Position numbers and translations under genes: made by a program | The notes under the pieces: model-generated | Seen by the model: the letters and a program-made list of their open reading frames with translations, nothing else | Databases searched by the model: none | What the model was told of the DNA's origin: nothing | From: Candidatus Melainabacteria bacterium 17Bon1m | Lineage (GTDB): Bacteria; Cyanobacteriota; Vampirovibrionia; Obscuribacterales; Obscuribacteraceae | NCBI GenBank assembly: GCA_032128875.1 | Contig: JAVLKG010000001.1 | Location: forward strand, 512,001 to 576,000 | Reading direction: 5' to 3' | Length of the DNA: 64,000 nucleotides | In this document: piece after piece, positions 10,700 through 20,418 of the stretch | Layout of the letters: each line of letters starts with the position of its first letter | Numbering within the stretch: the first letter of the stretch is position 1

Positions 10700-11242
10700 A
10701 TGGAGAGAAAAGCTCGCATCACAAATATGATTGTGTTTTTTCTGCTTACTACAGTGGCGACTGCGTGTGGAGCGATCGCGTCTAACTTGCTCTGGAGGGC
10801 TGTTTCCATGGATCTGCTTCGCTTATTCGAAGCTCCTAAATGGCTCTATATAATGACGTGTTCACTCATTCCAGTAATTTCGTTCGTCTTGAGTCTTCTG
10901 CTTTTTAGAATTTATCTTTGCTTCCAACAAGCTGCCGAGCCTGTTAGGAGCTGCGGATTGGACTTTCTTTTGGGCTTCATCCCATCGTGGAGTATCGTGT
11001 CGTCGCTGGCGATGTTTTGGGGCACAGCTTCCTACCTAAACCATCTGCCGCAGCGCACGGCCGAAGATGTGATGTCGAATATTTTCACCGCATACATGCG
11101 TGGATCTCACTTGCTCCTTAATGCGCTTGTCGCCTCCGTTTGCATAGGCGTTTTTGTCGCATTTTTCCTAAGAGCATGCAGAACCTTGCTGCCCTACTTT
11201 ATCGAAGCCATTAATTTTAGAAGCAGAAAACTAGTGGGGTAG
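10700..11242 (+). CDS. Hypothetical membrane protein (about 4 TM)
   Basis: ORF with several hydrophobic stretches. Confidence 0.6.
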   Translation: MERKARITNMIVFFLLTTVATACGAIASNLLWRAVSMDLLRLFEAPKWLYIMTCSLIPVISFVLSLLLFRIYLCFQQAAEPVRSCGLDFLLGFIPSWSIVSSLAMFWGTASYLNHLPQRTAEDVMSNIFTAYMRGSHLLLNALVASVCIGVFVAFFLRACRTLLPYFIEAINFRSRKLVG

Positions 11243-12028
11243 AGCGCTCAATCCGGCAATGGCAGCATTCTTGGTTGCAACATAGGTGCTGCCAGCTGTT
11301 TGATAGATTGTTCTTACGCTCAAACAAACGATCAACACTCCTACTGCAACCATTAGAGGTTTTGGTTGGACAGACTTACATGCTTTTGCTGCAATTGGAG
11401 CGGCAATCATTCCACCAATTACGAGCCCAATGACGGCATTAAGGTAAATAGAGCCGAGTGACACGAGAAACACTGCCGAGGTTGCCGCAGCAACGAAGAA
11501 TTCAGCCACATTGACAGATCCGATGACGAAGCGAGGGCTGTTGCCTTTTGCCACTAGGGTGGAAGTGACGACTGGACCCCAGCCACCACCGCCGATGGCA
11601 TCTACGAAACCACCGAGAAAACCCAAGCGTCCGATGTGATTTCTCTTCGGCTCCGGCTGGTGCTTGCGTGCAGCTTTAGCAAGGATGAGAATGCCCATTC
11701 CTAGCAGGTATAAGCTGATGAATGGCTTGATGACTTCGCCATTGACGTTGCACAAAATATAGGCGCCTATAATACCGCCGATAACACCAGGGATGACCAG
11801 CCGCTTTAAAAATTCCTTGTCGACGTTGCCCGCCCTTAGATGGCAGAATGCTGAAACAGCAGTCGTGAATAGCTCTGCAGTATGAACGCTAGCGGATGCT
11901 ACGACTGGTGACACGCCGATAGAGAGCATCAGTGTTGAACAGCTAACGCCGTAAGCCATGCCCAATGTCCCATCGATCATTTGTGCGATGAAACCGGCGA
12001 GAATAAAGAATGGAAGCGAGTTGTCCAT
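11231..12028 (-). CDS. TSUP (TauE/SafE) sulfite/sulfur-compound transporter
   Basis: IDGTLGMAYG and DAIGGGGWGP motifs; multiple TM segments. Confidence 0.9.
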   Translation of the reverse strand: MDNSLPFFILAGFIAQMIDGTLGMAYGVSCSTLMLSIGVSPVVASASVHTAELFTTAVSAFCHLRAGNVDKEFLKRLVIPGVIGGIIGAYILCNVNGEVIKPFISLYLLGMGILILAKAARKHQPEPKRNHIGRLGFLGGFVDAIGGGGWGPVVTSTLVAKGNSPRFVIGSVNVAEFFVAAATSAVFLVSLGSIYLNAVIGLVIGGMIAAPIAAKACKSVQPKPLMVAVGVLIVCLSVRTIYQTAGSTYVATKNAAIAGLSALPH

Positions 12029-12049
12029 AATAACTTTTGAGGGTTTCCT

Positions 12050-12490
12050 TTAAGCAGTCGTGCAGGATGTCGACGATTTGCGAATGAGATCTGCGAGTGA
12101 GGTGTTGTCCAAAATGTCTGAGATTGCGTCACGCACTTCGCGCATCAGGAGCCGCAGGTTGCAGGCTTCCGGTTCGGGACAGCTTGGACAGGGCTCGTAT
12201 GCTGTCACTGAGGCGCACGGGATGGGCGCTAAAGGTCCGTCCATAAGCCGCGCCACCTCTCCGATAGTGATTTGGTCAGCCGGGCGATTGAGTACATAGC
12301 CGCCGCGCGAACCTCTCCGGCTGCGCAGGACTCCTGCGTTTTTCAGCGTGAGCATGATTTGGTTGAGGAAAGGCTCCGGTATTTGAGCTTTTTTGGCTAT
12401 TTCAGATGCGGAAACACCTTGCTCTTGGTCGCAAGCGCCAAGAAAAAGCAGCGCTTTGGTTGCGTATTCGCCTCTTCGTGAGAGTTTCAT
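12050..12490 (-). CDS. Rrf2-family transcriptional regulator (Cys-containing)
   Basis: MKLSRRGEYA..., SRRGSRGGYVL, PIPCAS...CPSCPEPEAC; ATG at 12490. Confidence 0.92.
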   Translation of the reverse strand: MKLSRRGEYATKALLFLGACDQEQGVSASEIAKKAQIPEPFLNQIMLTLKNAGVLRSRRGSRGGYVLNRPADQITIGEVARLMDGPLAPIPCASVTAYEPCPSCPEPEACNLRLLMREVRDAISDILDNTSLADLIRKSSTSCTTA

Positions 12491-12530
12491 ATTGGCAAGG
12501 GATTGGTCGCCGGGGTATTTCTTAAGGCAT

Positions 12531-12555
12531 AAAGTTGACCGGATTGGTCGCCTAT
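12531..12555. promoter_or_regulatory. Putative Rrf2 operator (IscR type-1-like 25-bp imperfect palindrome)
   Basis: AAAGTTGACCGGATTGGTCGCCTAT about 40 nt upstream of the Rrf2 gene. Confidence 0.5.
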
Positions 12556-12700
12556 TGGAAGAACCATATGGTGTCATGTCTAATAAGGATGCGGCAAGTT
12601 CTTGACAGCCCGGCTGCAAAGAATGCTAAACATAGCGCTGGCTTTAGTTTTGACCTGTTTTTGCCTCGCTTGATTTCTAAGAACGCTCTCATTCCATACT

Positions 12701-12731
12701 CAGAAGTTAAACCGTTATCGGTTTAACTTCT
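12701..12731. repeat. 31-bp palindrome, copy 1 (REP-like or operator)
   Basis: CAGAAGTTAAACCG-TTAT-CGGTTTAACTTCT, identical to 49803-49833. Confidence 0.85.
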
Positions 12732-12831
12732 AGATGATATACGCGGCTGGATGTGCCCAGAATTGCCAGCCCGTGGCGTTGACTGGAATTGGTTGGGTTT
12801 TGGAGGGGTTCTAGTGCCTCGTGACGACCGC

Positions 12832-15444
12832 TTAGAAATCCTCTTCGCCCTTCTCCTTGGGGATGCTAAACCAGAAGGCGCAACCGCCAGTTTCGGCGTC
12901 GACGACGCCGACTTTTCCGCCGTGGGCAGCAATGATCATTTTGCAAATGGCGAGGCCGAGTCCGTAGCCTTTGCCTCTCGTCTTCGAGTCTGCAGTTTGG
13001 AAGAAGCGGTCAAAGACTTTGACTTTATTCTCGTCAGAAAGTCCTGGTCCGCTGTCGTTGACGTAAATCTCTGTTTGATAAGTTGTATTTTTGTGCGTGA
13101 TACTAATAGTGGTATCAGGTGGAGAATGGCTTATAGCATTGCCCAGGTAATTAACCAATACTTGTACAAGCCTATGTCTATCTGCTGTTACGACGATAGG
13201 CTTTACTTTATTGACGAGCGCGACTTTGCGTTGCAGCGCCAGCGATTGAACCGACGTGATTGCTTGATCAATTACTTCGGTAATGTCGAAATCCGAGAGT
13301 TGTATCTCAATGCGTCCGGACTCCAAGTTCTCAATTGTGAGCAGATCGTCTACTAATCCAAGCATGCGATCGACATTGGCACGGGCCGAATTTAGCTGCC
13401 GTGTGCCCAGTTCTGATGCCTCTTTTTCTACTTGCATCTGCAAAGCTCTGAGTGTTCCTTGCACGAGAATCAACGGCTCACGCAAATCGCGAGCCACCAT
13501 CTTCATAATGGTTGTGCGTTGTTTCCAAACATCATTTAGTTGCTCGGCCACGTCGTGTAATACAAAGTCTAGATACGAAATTTCGTCCGTGCCCGAAACC
13601 TGCGGTTTAAGCGGTTCTCGCAGTGGCAGGCGTGTTGAATTGTAAGTCAGTTGCTGCATGCGGCTGGAGATATCTCGGCCGAAGAGAAACACAAGAATGA
13701 AAGAGAGAAAGAGGCTGCCGATTATACCGCCGGTGATAATTCCTTCAACTCTCTGGTGCTGCTGCGCCTGAGCCTGGCGTGCGGCTTTCAATCGAGTTTG
13801 TTCTGCTTCCGAAAGTTTCAAAAATTCTTCTTGTCTGTAGATAGCGAACTTCCAAAACGGCATGACGCTGTTGTACAGTTCCATCTCGTCTTGCAGGTTT
13901 TCTTGAGTCATGTACGGGCGCATTTCGACAAATCGTTTGTATTCGACATCACCCAAATTCTTCAGTTTGTCCAGCAGCTTACGCATCTCCGCGTCGTCTT
14001 TGACTAGCTGGTAAAGATTGTCGTACTGGTGTTCTGCCATGTTGCGGTAATAGAGACCCTGTTGATGGTCTGTCGATTTTCCGTACAGCAAGTAGTTGCC
14101 CATAAAACCATAAGAGACCACTCCCATGCTCATCATGCGGTTGAGGTATGTGGCAATTTCTGTTTGTTTGTGCTCATTGATGAGCGCTGCTTCTTGCTCG
14201 TTGATGACTTGACCGATACCAGTCAAAAGCATTGTTGTCAGAGTCAGAGGCACAATCACCAAAAGCATCGCTTTCTTGAATATGCCGGGTTTGAATTTCC
14301 TTTCTTGGGCGACGCGTTCTGCTGATTGCCCGCTCAGCTCAAGCCGCATCAGTTGAGTCAATTCGTGAATGCCTGCATGATTATCTTTTTCGAAGGACTC
14401 CACACCTACTGCGGTTACTTCGGTGACATTGGCTGCCAATTTTTCCAGAGTGAGAAGGTCGTTGACGAGGGCAATCAATCGTTCTACATTCTCGGTACCC
14501 TGCGTTAAAAGCGGCTTGGCTTCCTGGTTTATCTTTTCGCCGTCCGACTTGTCGAAGACCGCCAATGACAAACTAACCGCCGAGAGCGGCGAGCGCATGT
14601 CGTGTGCCACCATCTCCATCAAATGCTTTCTGAATTGCGCGGCTTTGTTTAGCTGTGCAGACGCTTTATGCAAAATATTGTCGAGATACGCAAATTCGTC
14701 ATCGCCAAGAATTTCTTTTTCAAGAGTTACTCTTTTCGGCAGCTTGACGGCGTTTTCGATGAGGATTGCCATCCGCTCAGTGATTTCTTTGTTGAATGCA
14801 AAAAGCAGCAAGATCGCAACAATGAAGTTGACGACCATGCCCCAGTACACCACTTTCTTGGTCAATTCTCGATAGTGTTTTTCACTCGCGATTGATTTGG
14901 CGAGGCGGTCTTGCTCGTTTTGCGAAATTGAATAGAAGCGTTTGTAATTTTCGTACGCTGAGAAAACCAAACTGCGCGCGCTTCTCAACTGGCGAAAAGG
15001 CTCTTCGGCCGACTCTCCGGGAATCCACGGACGCAGCCACTTGAGTTTTTCCATCTCCGGCACTGCCAACTCATAAACTTCGCGCGCCGCACGTTTTCTC
15101 TCTTCGTCATTGCCGGCAAGAGCTAACAGAACTTTGAATTCATCAAGGGCGATTTGGACATAATGCTCGCCCTTTTCGCGTGACTTGTCGTCGCGAGAAA
15201 TCAAATAGCGGCAGTACAATCCGTACCCGACCGTACCTGCTGCAATGAGACGATTGGCGTGGATCGTCTGCTCCAGGCTATTGCGCTGATCGACAAGCGC
15301 TGATTCCGCCTGCTGACTCATCCAGCCGACCCATAGGAGCAAAATAATTTCAATCAACAGCGGGACAAAAACCAGCATTAGCCCCTTGGTAAATATCCGC
15401 CGTTTAAATTTGACGTTTGGGGTTGCTAGATCGGATTCCGCCAT
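12832..15444 (-). CDS. Internally duplicated membrane sensor histidine kinase (2x TM-sensor-TM-HAMP-HisKA, one HATPase)
   Basis: Two homologous halves (KFKRRIFTKGLMLV / KFKPGIFKKAMLLV; GDDEFAYLD / GTDEISYLD); H-boxes VAHDMRSPL and VARDLREPL; a single N/G1/F/G2 ATPase domain at the C-terminus. Confidence 0.9.
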   Translation of the reverse strand: MAESDLATPNVKFKRRIFTKGLMLVFVPLLIEIILLLWVGWMSQQAESALVDQRNSLEQTIHANRLIAAGTVGYGLYCRYLISRDDKSREKGEHYVQIALDEFKVLLALAGNDEERKRAAREVYELAVPEMEKLKWLRPWIPGESAEEPFRQLRSARSLVFSAYENYKRFYSISQNEQDRLAKSIASEKHYRELTKKVVYWGMVVNFIVAILLLFAFNKEITERMAILIENAVKLPKRVTLEKEILGDDEFAYLDNILHKASAQLNKAAQFRKHLMEMVAHDMRSPLSAVSLSLAVFDKSDGEKINQEAKPLLTQGTENVERLIALVNDLLTLEKLAANVTEVTAVGVESFEKDNHAGIHELTQLMRLELSGQSAERVAQERKFKPGIFKKAMLLVIVPLTLTTMLLTGIGQVINEQEAALINEHKQTEIATYLNRMMSMGVVSYGFMGNYLLYGKSTDHQQGLYYRNMAEHQYDNLYQLVKDDAEMRKLLDKLKNLGDVEYKRFVEMRPYMTQENLQDEMELYNSVMPFWKFAIYRQEEFLKLSEAEQTRLKAARQAQAQQHQRVEGIITGGIIGSLFLSFILVFLFGRDISSRMQQLTYNSTRLPLREPLKPQVSGTDEISYLDFVLHDVAEQLNDVWKQRTTIMKMVARDLREPLILVQGTLRALQMQVEKEASELGTRQLNSARANVDRMLGLVDDLLTIENLESGRIEIQLSDFDITEVIDQAITSVQSLALQRKVALVNKVKPIVVTADRHRLVQVLVNYLGNAISHSPPDTTISITHKNTTYQTEIYVNDSGPGLSDENKVKVFDRFFQTADSKTRGKGYGLGLAICKMIIAAHGGKVGVVDAETGGCAFWFSIPKEKGEEDF

Positions 15445-15524
15445 ATTTGAATTTAGCTCACTGGCCTTCGTGTAAGATATTACTTCAAGCGACAAGAAAT
15501 GCTTGTCCAGTTGCTGGAAGTTCC

Positions 15525-16214
15525 ATGGCGAAGATACTCATCGTAGAAGATGATACCGAACTTGCAAAGAGTATTGCCGACTGGCTTACTCTGGAGAATC
15601 ACACGGTCGAGCATGCCGAGACCGGAGAGGACGGATTGCAGCTGGTAAACGGTTACCAGTACGACCTTTTGATTCTCGACTGGCAACTGCCCGGCATTTC
15701 CGGCGTAGATGTTTGCAAGCAATACAGGCGTCAGGGCGGCGAGATGCCGGTGCTTTTCTTGACGGGCAAATCAGGCGCGGATGCCATTGAGACAGGTCTG
15801 GACGCAGGGGCGGATGACTATCTGGTCAAGCCTTTCCAGGTTCGAGAGCTTTCTGCCCGTATTCGCTCATTAATGCGTCGCCCCAAAGGTTTGCTGCCAA
15901 CCAAGTTGAAAGTGGACTATTTGTCGGTCGAGCTCGAGACGCGTACCGCAATTGTCAACAACGACCGGGTCGTTCTTTCGCCCAAAGAGTTTGCCTTACT
16001 GGAGTTTCTCTTCCGCCATCCCAACCGCTGCTACGGGGCTAAGGCACTGTTGGAAGCCATATGGCCGTCCGAGACCGAAAGTTCGGAAGATACCGTGCGT
16101 ACGATTATGAAAAACCTGCGGCGCAAGATCACGCCGGCTGGATCCGAATGTGTCATAAAAACGGTTCAAGGCTCTGGCTATATTATTGAACAGGCCGTCA
16201 CGTCCGAGTCCTGA
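15525..16214 (+). CDS. OmpR/PhoB-family response regulator
   Basis: MAKILIVEDD, LILDWQLP, GADDYLVKPF, wHTH ending TVQGSGY; divergent from the kinase. Confidence 0.95.
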   Translation: MAKILIVEDDTELAKSIADWLTLENHTVEHAETGEDGLQLVNGYQYDLLILDWQLPGISGVDVCKQYRRQGGEMPVLFLTGKSGADAIETGLDAGADDYLVKPFQVRELSARIRSLMRRPKGLLPTKLKVDYLSVELETRTAIVNNDRVVLSPKEFALLEFLFRHPNRCYGAKALLEAIWPSETESSEDTVRTIMKNLRRKITPAGSECVIKTVQGSGYIIEQAVTSES

Positions 16215-16264
16215 AACCCGGCGCCGTTCCAATTTCTTGATAGATATACTTTTGCCTGAAATCA

Positions 16265-16297
16265 TTCACGTTTAATTCACGTGTCGGCACTTACTAT
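16265..16297 (+). promoter_or_regulatory. TTCAC-N6-TTCAC-N11-TACTAT promoter
   Basis: Exact motif; no protein gene follows on this strand. Confidence 0.7.
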
Positions 16298-16302
16298 CAT
16301 GT

Positions 16303-16585
16303 CATCGAAGACGTCAGTCCGACATCACTGACGACGGCGATACTGAAAGGCTCGAGCAGGTTCACCATCCTCCTCGCTCGCGTCGCGAAAACCAATCGAA
16401 CCGCATTCGGTGGTCTGCCCCACAGTTTGCATTCTGTGCTCGTAAACCGAAATTCACGCGTCGCTTTACGAGCCTCGATTGGATTTATCCCCCGCCCATC
16501 TATAACTAAATAAGAATTGCCTTGCAGGCTAAGAATTTTGTGCAAGGGGGGAGAGGGGCTTTCGAGCCTCTCTCTCGGGCTTTTT
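16303..16585 (+). ncRNA. Candidate structured ncRNA (~280 nt)
   Basis: Upstream promoter motif, several nested stems and an intrinsic terminator; no credible start codon in a long frame. Confidence 0.5.
16551..16585 (+). terminator. Rho-independent terminator
   Basis: GAGAGGGGCT-TTCG-AGCCTCTCTC with TTTTT shortly after. Confidence 0.7.
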
Positions 16586-16719
16586 GTATTATTCTCCGCG
16601 CTTATCTATGACGTCTATGGTGGACGTCTCCTGATACCACAGGTAGTTTTACGCCGGTCGTTTATCGCTGGTAATTCGCCAGCCAGCGTTGGGCAATGCC
16701 AGGCATCGCCCCGCCCGAA

Positions 16720-17946
16720 CTAATAAACGCGAACTGGCCTGCCGCTTACTTTTTTCGCTTCGAATTTCGGCTTCTCCGGATTGCGTCCGAAAGAAACTCC
16801 GAACGTCTCGAAAAGCGCTACATCTGCCGGATCTACAAGGCGCTGAACAATTGCTTCTTTGACGTCCATGTATTCCAGGTTGCCGGCGCGATAGGAGACG
16901 ACGGTCACACCGTTTATTCCTTGGGTAACCAGTTCTACTGCAGCTGAGCCGACTTCCAGACCGAAGTTGGAATCGAGTGCCGATGAGGCTCCGCAGCGCA
17001 CCATGTGGCTGGGGCGAATCTCGCGAACTTCAGGAATTTCGTACACGCCTTCGACAAATTGTCCGGTGCGCTTCATGAATTCTTTGATTTCAGGATCGGC
17101 TTTGATGCGGTCTTCGATTTGTTTTACGACGTACTTTCCAGCTCCCATCAGTTTTCTATGACCAAAGGAGTCTGGTTCTGAACTCATGTCTACGAGTTCG
17201 TTGCCCGACGCATCTCTCAAGCCTTCTGCGACGACGACCACGCAAGTGCCCGCTTTGACGTCGCTTTCTTCGATCCGCTTGATGAATTTGCCTTTCAATT
17301 GTTTGTACAAAACGTCGAAGTCGACTGGAATTTCTGGAATCAAAACAGCATCGCAATCCGCTGCTACACCGCCGCGGAATGCTGTGTGACCTGCGTAGCG
17401 TCCGAACACTTCCATGACGATGATGCGGTTATGAGTGCGACCGGTAGTCTTCAAATCGCGCACAGCTTCAGCGATTCTGTTGATAGTCGAATCGCCGCCA
17501 ACGCTGTAAGGCATCAAATCGAGGTCCATTGTTTTTGGCGCATGAACGCATGGAATGCCTTGAGAAGCCAGATCTGCTACCACCGAGCCGGTGTCGTCGC
17601 CGCCTGCGATTACCAATGCATCGAGCTGAAACTTCTTCAGACCTTCTTTGATACGGTCGTATTTCTTTTCGTCTTTGATTTTTGAAACTTTCACTCGTGA
17701 GTTGCCGGCCTCGCTGCCAGCCACGATGACGTCGATTTGTTCTACGCGGTCAGCGGTCAGCTTGCAAAGGGATTTGAATTCGACCAGATTGTAAAGTCCA
17801 GCGTAGCCGTTAGGGATGATGTACGCCGTCATTCCCTTGGAAAGAGCTGTCAGTGCTGCTCCCTTGATAACGCCGTTCAGACCGCCGCAGTCGCCGCCCG
17901 ATGTAATGATGCCAATATTTTTCACGCTGCCTCCAATGTCTTTCAT
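16720..17946 (-). CDS. pfkA: 6-phosphofructokinase (PfkA family), PPi-type signature
   Basis: TSGGDCGGLN, GGDDT, PKTMDLD, MEVFGRYAG, VAEG motifs. Confidence 0.93.
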   Translation of the reverse strand: MKDIGGSVKNIGIITSGGDCGGLNGVIKGAALTALSKGMTAYIIPNGYAGLYNLVEFKSLCKLTADRVEQIDVIVAGSEAGNSRVKVSKIKDEKKYDRIKEGLKKFQLDALVIAGGDDTGSVVADLASQGIPCVHAPKTMDLDLMPYSVGGDSTINRIAEAVRDLKTTGRTHNRIIVMEVFGRYAGHTAFRGGVAADCDAVLIPEIPVDFDVLYKQLKGKFIKRIEESDVKAGTCVVVVAEGLRDASGNELVDMSSEPDSFGHRKLMGAGKYVVKQIEDRIKADPEIKEFMKRTGQFVEGVYEIPEVREIRPSHMVRCGASSALDSNFGLEVGSAAVELVTQGINGVTVVSYRAGNLEYMDVKEAIVQRLVDPADVALFETFGVSFGRNPEKPKFEAKKVSGRPVRVY

Positions 17947-18304
17947 CGCGCCAAGGTCTTTGACATGCCCTTTTCTGGTCTTCGCATCGGTAAACTGCCG
18001 AACGAAAAGACCTATAAAAGGTCCGGAAAATTTTAGTCGATAGGAGGTCTTGACCTCACTGAGTGTAAACAGCAGCGAAGTGTGTTCTCATTTGAACGTC
18101 TCGATCAATTGAAAAACTGTTGTGAGCCCAAGGCGCGGCGCGTAGTGTTTCACTAGAGTGGAAATGTTGAGGTTTGGATCGTTGCAGGGCAGCGCCCTGG
18201 GAGCGCCGGCGGCTCGCCGGCTTCGGGCGGCATGAGTGCCGCTCCTCAGCGGAGGCTGATGTGTTAGAAGAGCAGAGGGCTGCACAACTCGGAGCATTGC
18301 GTCA

Positions 18305-18958
18305 GTGAATCAGCTTTCTAAACTTTCAAAAGTTGCCTGTATTCTCTGTCTGGTTGTGGTTTTTACCTTTCTATCAGCTTCGCTCTGGTGGGGCTGTGTC
18401 TACCGTTTGCCGCGCAGCAAGCCGATCCTGCTCGATTTGCGTTCTGATAAAACGCGCGACGACCCCGCTAGTGACCGCTGTTTTATGATTTGCGCCGGGC
18501 TGGCAAACAATCCTCACGGTTTTCCAGGGCACTGTTACATAATCTGGGACCGCTATGCTCCCGAACGGCTTGAGTACACTACTTCCGATGGATTTGTGCC
18601 GGGGCGAATGGAAGATTTGATACCCTCCTTGTACTCCGACATTCACGGAATAATGGCTGACAATGCGCTTGTTGGCAATATGAGAAATTTTGATTACGTC
18701 GCTGTACGAGTTGACCGACCGGTGTATGACAGTGCCAGAGCTGTTCGACAGAAGTTTGTGCAAAACCCAATCTTCCATACTGGCGTGCGCGATTGTGTCG
18801 CTTACGTTGACGAAATCAGCGAGATTGCAGGGCTGAAGAGGCCAAAGCGCGATTTTGTTTATCCGCTCGACTATTTGGTTCAATTGAAAAAACTGAATGA
18901 ATCGAAGCTCGAAGTGTCGCTGGAAAGCTATAGCGGCGTAAGAAACGCGAAAGAATAG
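18305..18958 (+). CDS. Membrane-anchored hypothetical protein
   Basis: 217 aa, N-terminal TM; GHC and DCVAY segments could be a permuted papain-like pair (weak). Confidence 0.65.
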   Translation: MNQLSKLSKVACILCLVVVFTFLSASLWWGCVYRLPRSKPILLDLRSDKTRDDPASDRCFMICAGLANNPHGFPGHCYIIWDRYAPERLEYTTSDGFVPGRMEDLIPSLYSDIHGIMADNALVGNMRNFDYVAVRVDRPVYDSARAVRQKFVQNPIFHTGVRDCVAYVDEISEIAGLKRPKRDFVYPLDYLVQLKKLNESKLEVSLESYSGVRNAKE

Positions 18959-19045
18959 CTAGGGCTAAGGTTGCTCCTTCGTCAATCGGCTATTCTGTCG
19001 GCTGACAACAGGCGCGTGACCGTTCGCGCAGGATACAGAGGCATT

Positions 19046-20350
19046 ATGTTGGCTAGAAGAAAGTCGCTCAAATCACTATTACTCGCTGCCACGCTGGTTG
19101 GCGCTCTATGCCCGCAAGTATGGGCAGACGAAGTTATCGACACCAATCCGAATCCGCCGGACAACAAGCCTGGCGAGACCACCGTAAAAATTGAGCCGAC
19201 AGATTCTTCCTCGTCGTCGTCTTCGTCGCCTTCTTCGTCGTCGTCGTCTTCTTCTTCTTCTTCTTCTTCTTCTTCTTCTTCTTCTTCTTCTTCTTCTTCT
19301 TCTTCTTCTTCTTCCGACGCTGCAGCTCAAAAGGAATACGATAAAGATTCCAAAATCGTGTCGCCCGAATCGATTCCTGTGTCTAAAGTGCCGGACAAAG
19401 TTGGCATTATCGAAACCAGTCGCGGTTATTACATGGATGTCGAACACTGGAAGGCAAAGCCGAAAGTTGCTCGTCCCAAGATTGGTCTGGCTCTTGGCGG
19501 TGGCGGCGCGAGGGGCGCGGCGCATGTCCCAGTCATTCGTGCTCTCGAGAAAGAAGGCATCAAGTTCGACTACATTGCAGGCACTAGCATTGGCTCTGTT
19601 GTAGGCGGCCTTTATGCTGCCGGTGTTTCTCTCGATGACATGGAAGATGAGTTTGAAAACGGAAAGCTCATGAGGAGCTTCATGACCGTTTCGCTCGCTG
19701 TGAGAATCGCTGTCTCACCAGTGATGCTCATGCCGCGCGTTTTCGGCTCAAAAGAATACGACGGACTTTATCGTGGCAACAAGTTTCGAAAGTATTTGGT
19801 CAAGGGATTATCTTGTCACGACTTGAATATTGAAGATCTGAAAATACCGTTTGCGGCAGTTTCACTGAATCTTTTGGATGGCAAGCCTTACATGATTCGC
19901 AAAGGCAATCTTGGATTTGCAATGCAGTCTAGCTCTGCTGTGCCTGGCTTGAGAAAACCAGTGGAAATCGGTGATTATTTGTTTGTTGATGGTGGCGCGC
20001 TCTGCAATCTGCCCGTGAAGCAAGTGCGCGAGATGGGCGCTGATTTTGTTATCGCAGTGAACATCGATCAACCCTTTCCAGCCGCGAAGAAAGAGGAGTT
20101 TCGCAAGATTGGCAGTGTCACCACTCGAATGCTCAACTGGGACCTGTGGGAGATGGACATGCCTCAATCCCAACTTGCCGACATCACGATTCAACCCGAC
20201 ACAACAGGTGTAAGCTTGATTTCCACGAAGAAATCTGATGCAGTCAAGTGCGTCAAGGCTGGAGAGAAAGCCGTGCAAGAAGCTCTGCCTCTGCTGCGCG
20301 AGAAGCTGAAAAACTACGGCATTGCTACGTCATCTCAACAGAGCGAATAA
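19046..20350 (+). CDS. Exported patatin-like phospholipase with poly-Ser linker
   Basis: Signal peptide; GGGGARG, GTSIG, DGG motifs. Confidence 0.92.
   Translation: MLARRKSLKSLLLAATLVGALCPQVWADEVIDTNPNPPDNKPGETTVKIEPTDSSSSSSSSPSSSSSSSSSSSSSSSSSSSSSSSSSSSSDAAAQKEYDKDSKIVSPESIPVSKVPDKVGIIETSRGYYMDVEHWKAKPKVARPKIGLALGGGGARGAAHVPVIRALEKEGIKFDYIAGTSIGSVVGGLYAAGVSLDDMEDEFENGKLMRSFMTVSLAVRIAVSPVMLMPRVFGSKEYDGLYRGNKFRKYLVKGLSCHDLNIEDLKIPFAAVSLNLLDGKPYMIRKGNLGFAMQSSSAVPGLRKPVEIGDYLFVDGGALCNLPVKQVREMGADFVIAVNIDQPFPAAKKEEFRKIGSVTTRMLNWDLWEMDMPQSQLADITIQPDTTGVSLISTKKSDAVKCVKAGEKAVQEALPLLREKLKNYGIATSSQQSE
19247..19312 (+). repeat. (TCT)22 microsatellite in the poly-Ser tract
   Basis: 22 perfect TCT units within a 37-codon Ser-rich run (19205-19315). 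Confidence 0.95.
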
Positions 20351-20364
20351 AGGGATTGGAAAAT

Positions 20365-20387
20365 GGGCGCGTGCAACGCGCCCCCAC
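20365..20387 (-). repeat. GTAG-type REP-like hairpin
   Basis: Minus strand GTGGGGGCGCGTTGCACGCGCCC between convergent genes. Confidence 0.5.
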
Positions 20388-20418
20388 GATTTTTGCGAAC
20401 CAGCTTATGCGAACCAGC

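Noticed and set aside
19106-19604. Poly-Arg and poly-Leu ORFs
   Set aside because: Alternate-frame shadows of the poly-Ser microsatellite
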